From Macrostomum hystrix (lineage: Eukaryota > Animalia > Platyhelminthes): 64,000 bases of DNA. Below the pieces are notes generated by a model. That model was not told the origin of the DNA, made no database searches, and worked only from the letters and a program-made list of their open reading frames with translations. Positions within the stretch are counted from its first letter, which is position 1; each line of letters starts with the position of its first letter. This document shows positions 58,804 to 64,000 of this stretch, one piece after another. Location: assembly GCA_950097015.1 (NCBI GenBank), contig CATNEN010000003.1, forward strand, positions 7,874,001 through 7,938,000, read 5' to 3'. A program made the translations under genes and the position numbers.

Positions 58804-61800
58804 TCACCCCAACGCCTGCAGTTTCTTAGACTGCACAGCGACCAGTTCCGGCTCCGTAGACATCCAGGCCTGCAGCATCTTGATGTCAAGCAGCAGAAGC
58901 CGAAGGGCCATTGTCCAACGCTCGTCCTTGTTGCCAGCCCTGACGATGGCATATTTCTGGCCGGCGTCTTCTATCTCCCTGGGCGGATGCAGAGGGTAAG
59001 GAGCCAATCGGTCTTTGCCGTAGCGATCCCTGATGTAGATTAACAGCTCGGCCACGTAGCTTAGATAGGCAGACATGCCGGAGTCGAATGCCGAGTCTGA
59101 GAATAGCCGGCCGTGACTTGAGTACAGTGGTAGGCATCTGCGGCAGATTTGGCGATTTTCAGATCGGAGAAATTCAGATGAGTTGATTTGGGCTGGTCAT
59201 TTTTCCTCTCTTCTTCTCCCCAAGCCCCTTTTTGTCCATGTTCCCTCTCTTCTTCTCCCCCTTCCCTCCCCTCTTCTCACTATTCTCCCCTCTTCTTTCG
59301 ATTCTCCCGTCTTCACTCTATTCTCCCATCTTCTTTCGATTCTTCCCTCTTCTTTCGATTCTCCCGTCTTCTCTCTATTCTCCCATCTTCTTTCGATTCT
59401 CCCCTCTTCTTTCGATTCTCCCGTCTTCTCTCTATTCTCTTATCTTCTTTCGATTCTCCCATCTTCTTTCGATTCTCCCGTCTTCTCTCTATTCTCCCAT
59501 CTTCTTTCTATTCTCCCATCTTCTTTCGATTCTCCCATCTTCTTTCGATTCTCCCGTCTTCTCTCTATTCTCTTATCTTCTTTCGATTCTCCCATCTTCT
59601 TTCGATTCTCCCGTCTTCTCTCTATTCTCCCATCTTCTTTCGATTCTCCCCTCTTCTTTCGATTCTCCCGTCTTCTCTCTATTCTCCCATCTTCTTTCGA
59701 TTCTCCCATCTTCTTTCGATTCTCCCCTCTTCTTTTTCGATTCTCCCCTCTTCTTTCGATTCTCCCCTCTTCTTTCGATTCTCCCCTCTTCTTTCGATTC
59801 TCCCGTCTACTCTCTATTCTCCCCTCTTCTTTCGATTCTCCCCTCTTCTTTTTCGATTCTCCCCTCTTCTTTCGATTCTCCCCTCTTCTTTTTCGATTCT
59901 CCCCTCTTCTTTCGATTCTCCTGTCTTCTCTTCTATTTATTCCTAAAAATCATGAACCCCATCTTCTCTCCTAGGCAGCATCAATATCCGGCAGTTGAAT
60001 CAGACTCACCTGCCATTGGCCAGCACTCTAATCTCTGATTGGCTAGCGCAGGGCACAACAGCGTACACAGTGGAAGCGAATGCTAGCCTGTTTGACACGG
60101 CTTGGAGCAGCAGGGCGCACTGGCCCCAGCCCGCGTTCAATTCGGCCCAGTCGATCTGACCGCCGGCGGGGCGTCCCATGCGAAATCCTCCAATGCTGGC
60201 CAACTGGGAATCGTACCAGATGTAGAAGGCGGCGCTGAGAACGCTGGTGTTCTGCAGGCGATTCAGTTCGGACTCAGCGTATGCCTGGGGACGGGAAGAT
60301 AGGCGATTTTTTGTAGATCGAGATTCTTGAATAGGGATTTCTAGCTAGGGATTTCTAGCTTCAGATAAGGGGAAAAATAGGGATTTCTAGATAAGGGAAA
60401 AAATAGGGATTTCTAGATAATGATAAAAAATAGGGATTTCTAGATAAGGATAAAAAATAGGGATTTCTAGATAAGGGAAAAAATAGGGCTTTCTAGATAA
60501 GGATAAAAAATAGGGATTTCTAGATAAGGGAAAAAATAGGGCTTTCTAGATAAGGATAAAAAATAGGGATTTCTAGATAAGGATAAAAATTGGGATTTTT
60601 AGATTATGATTCTTTAAATTGGGATTTGTAGATTATGCTTCTTAAATTAGGATTTTTTGTTTAGGATTCTTGAATTGGGATTTGTAGATTAGGATTATTG
60701 TATTGGGATTTGTAGATCATGATTCTTGAATTGGGATTTTTAGATTAGGATTCTTGTATTGGGATTTGTAGATTAGGATTCTTGTATTGGGATTTGTAGA
60801 TTAGGATTCTTGTATTGGGATTTGTAGATTAGGATTCTTGTATTGGGATTTGTAGATTAGGATTCTTGTATTGGGATTTGTAGATTTGGATTCTTGTATT
60901 GGGATTTGTAGATTATGATTCTTGAATTGGGATTTGTAGATTAGGATTATTGTATTGGGATTTGTAGATTAGGATTCTTGTATTTGGATTTGTAGATAAA
61001 GGATTCTTGTATTTGGATTTGAAGGTAATGGTTCTTGAATTGGGATTCTAGATTGTGATTTTAAAATTGGGATTTCTAGATTGGGATTCACGATTTAGGA
61101 TTTGGAGAGTTGGATCAAACCTGTTGATTTTTAGTTGCCGACAATTCTTCGTCCAACAGAAACAGCTGCCTTTTGAGCTCAGAATAGGCCTGCTGCAGCT
61201 GGGCATGCTCAGCCGTTAGGGTGGCCTTTTTGGCCTCTTCGCTGTCCGCGTCGGCCCTGACTTGAGCCAGTTCGACTCCCGCAGACTCCAGTTCAGAGCG
61301 CAGCTGAACTTCTTCGGCCTCCAATTCGGCCAGGGTGGCTTCATCATCGTCCAGATTGTCAGCGTCTTCCTCATCGTCGACATCGTCAAAAGTTTGTCGA
61401 TCTTGGACATTGTCGGACGTTGATTTTCGACGCTCCGATCGACGAATTTGTTGCAGGTGAGTCAGGTAGCGGCGCATACAGCTCAGCTCCTCCTCTAGCT
61501 GCCGAACTCTGTCTGACTGCTCAAATTTGAGTTGGTTGGTCGTTTAATTATCTACAGTAAGAGTGCACACTGCCAGACGATGAGAAAGTCAGGTCTGATG
61601 AACACACCTGTGTGAGCGTGTGCCCATGACCTTCGGGTTATCTCATCCTTAAATCCCAAATGATCCCATCTGACTCCCTTGTTATCCCATCTGACTCCCT
61701 AGTTATCCCATCTGACTCCCTAGTTATCCCATCTGACTCCCTAGTTATCCCATCTGACTCCCTAGTTATCCCATCTGACCCCTAGTTATCCCATCTGACT

Positions 61801-62603
61801 CCCTAGTTATCCCATCTGACTCCCTAGTTATCCCATCTGACTCCCACTAGTTATCCCATCTGACTCCCTAGTTATCCCATCTGACTCCCTAGTTATCCCA
61901 TCTGACTCCCTAGTTATCCCATCTGACTCCCTAGCTATCCCATCTGACTCCCTTGTTATCCCATCTGACTCCCTTGTTATCCCATCTGACTCCCTAGTTA
62001 ACCCATCTGACTCCCTTGTTATCCCATCTGACTCCCTTGTTATCCCATCTGACTCCCTTGTTTATCCCATCTCTGGCTCCCTAAATATCCGATCTGACTC
62101 CCCATTTATCCCATCTCTGACTCTCTATTTATCCCATAACTGACTCCCCATTAATCCCATCTCTGACTCCCCATTAATCCCATCTCTGACTCCCCATTTA
62201 TCCCATCTCTGACTCCCCATTTATCCCATCTCTGACTCCCCATTTATCCCATCTCTGACTCTCTATTTATCCCATAACTGACTCCCCATTAATCCCATCT
62301 CTGACTCCCCATTAATCCCATCTCTGACTCCCCATTTATCCCATCTCTGACTCTCTATTTATCCCATAACTGACTCCCCATTAATCCCATCTCTGACACA
62401 CACCTGAAGCTCAGTGAGCAGGTCGGCACAGTCGGAGCACAGCGGGTGGTCGGCAGCGCAGTTTGAGTTGAGAAACTCGAAAAGTCGCTCAAATACAGCC
62501 AGCCTACTGCTCAGGTTCTGGCTGATGCTAGGGGCGCTATCCAACAGCAAGAAGTCGTTGCTGCCTTCGGACTCGCAGCTGGCAGACATTGTTGTACACT
62601 GTG

Positions 62604-62640
<37 letters not shown>

Positions 62641-63448
62641 TTGCTGTTGCTGTTGATTATCGTCAATTGATGACTCGACCTACGAAAAATGACAATGTTG
62701 AGTACTTTCAAATGGTACTTTAAATGAGATTAAAAGGAATTGCATCTCACCCATGATACTAAATACACAATCTCATCCATGAGATACTAGATAAAGAATC
62801 TCACACATGAGAAACTAGATAAAGAATCTCACCCATGAGATACTAGATACAGAATCTCACCCATGAGATACTAGATACAGAATCTCACCCATAAAATACT
62901 AGATACAGAATCTCACCCATGAGATACTAGATAAAGAATCTCACCCATAAAATACTAGATAAAGAATCTCAACCATGAGATACTAGATACAGAATCTCAC
63001 CCATGAGATACTAGATACAGAATCTCAGCCATGAGATACTAGATAAAGAATCTCACCCATAAAATACTAGATAAAGAATCTCAACTCATGAGATACTAGA
63101 TACAGAATCTCACCCATGAGATACTATAATATAGATACAGATGATCACTGATATATGAGATTCCGCTTTATAATTTTAGAATTAACCGTTTTTTAGTCGG
63201 CTGTTTCTTATAGTGTTACTTTTAGTAGGGATAAAAGCAAACTACAAATAAAACTATAGATAATGCTATAGATATCTCACCATGGAAGCCTGTACACGAC
63301 GAAATGTGTCGATAGTGGCCTGAACAGTGTCCCGATCAAGTCCGCGCAAGCTGCCGTCCAAATTTAATCTGACGCAGCATCTCTGACAGCGAAATGATGA
63401 CTGTAACAGAGCCTTAGCAGCTGCGGTGGAGTCTTTGCTAGATTCCAT
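58804..63448 (-). CDS. BECN1: Beclin-1 / Atg6; exons 63448-63281, 62679-62404, 61516-61121, 60284-60010, 59137-58804
   Basis: Phase-consistent GT-AG junctions. Motifs: SFRCQRC...L.LD.S, NLSSRL...LF, DHPLCSDC, a coiled coil, L..TSVLSAAFYIW...IGGFRMGR...W.ELNAGWGQ.ALLL, LPLY, FDSGM.AYL and ERWTMALRLLLLDIK...AW. Confidence 0.93.
59280..59925. repeat. 19-bp pyrimidine-rich minisatellite (CTTCTTTCGATTCTCCCNT) in Beclin-1 intron 4
   Basis: Tandem units. Confidence 0.95.
60330..61105. repeat. 26-28 bp minisatellites (AGGGATTTCTAGATAAGGGAAAAAAT grading into GGGATTTGTAGATTAGGATTCTTGTATT) in Beclin-1 intron 3
   Basis: Tandem units. Confidence 0.93.
61555..61624 (+). mobile_element. Fold-back dispersed element, copy F (70-bp fragment)
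   Basis: CAGTAAGAGTGCACACTGCCAGACGATGAGAAAGTCAGG...ACACCTGTGTGAGCGTGTGCC. Confidence 0.7.
61662..62397. repeat. 21-23 bp minisatellite (GTTATCCCATCTGACTCCCTA) in Beclin-1 intron 2
   Basis: Tandem units sharing TTATCCCATCT..GACT with 49449-49976. Confidence 0.95.
62745..63128. repeat. 28-bp minisatellite (GAATCTCACCCATGAGATACTAGATAMA) in Beclin-1 intron 1
   Basis: Tandem units. Confidence 0.93.
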
Positions 63449-63540
63449 TGACAGTATCTTGTGTCTGAAAATTTGATATTGTGTCGTAAAATTTTACTTC
63501 TGAAAATGCTTTACTTACGTTTGCCGAGGGTGTGTATCTA

Positions 63541-64000
63541 TGTACCAAGCTGTGACTGTTCCCGTGTACCAATCTGTGACTGTTCCTGTGTACCAATCTG
63601 TGACTGTTCCTGTGTACAATCTGTGACTGTTCCTGTGTACCAATCTGTGACTGTTCCTGTGTACCAATCTGTGACTGTTCCTGTGTACCAATCTGTGACT
63701 GCTCCTGTGTACCAATCTGTGACTGTTCCTGTGTACCAATCTGTGAATGTTCCTGTTTACCAATCTGTGACTGTTCCTGTGTACCAACCTGTGAATGTTC
63801 CTGTGTACCAATCTGTGACTGTTCCTGTGTACCAATCTGTGACTGTTCCTGTGTACCAATCTGTGACTGTTCCTGTGTACCAATCTGTGACTGTTCCTGT
63901 GTACCAATCTGTGACTGTTCCTGTGTACCAATCTGTGACTGTTCCTGTGTACCAATCTGTGACTGTTCCTGTGTACCAATCTGTGACTGTTCCTGTGTAC
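63541..64000. repeat. 24-bp minisatellite (CCAATCTGTGACTGTTCCTGTGTA), runs off the window
   Basis: Tandem units. Confidence 0.97.

Noticed and set aside
3335-64000. CRISPR arrays
   Set aside because: All arrays are head-to-tail repeats without unique spacers, there are no cas genes, and the context is eukaryotic.

Overview
Eukaryotic (animal) genomic DNA with spliceosomal GT-AG introns. It is most likely a free-living flatworm of the genus Macrostomum: 35520-35560 (-) matches the Macrostomum spliced-leader (SL) exon as I recall it, and the dense 15-47 bp minisatellites fit that genus. Genes reconstructed by hand from splice sites and reading phase are NDUFB11 (+), a PAN/C-type-lectin gene (-), WDR45/WIPI4 (+), DDX42 (+), a KH-like orphan (-), a 3-exon orphan membrane protein (-), NUDT18 (+, with an 18-nt microexon), an INSM/nerfin/egl-46 zinc finger (-) and Beclin-1 (-). 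About one third of the window is tandem repeat, much of it intronic, and most long ORFs in the track are artefacts of these arrays. Mobile elements include tRNA-derived CORE-type SINEs, MITEs with 8-bp TSDs, a probable solo LTR, a Merlin transposase relic and an unclassified fold-back element (6 copies). The most notable observation is a single insertion bounded by a perfect 15-bp TSD that joins an inverted SL cDNA to a full-length SINE. This looks like twin priming on SL-bearing RNA. Protein and family assignments come from recalled motifs, not database searches.
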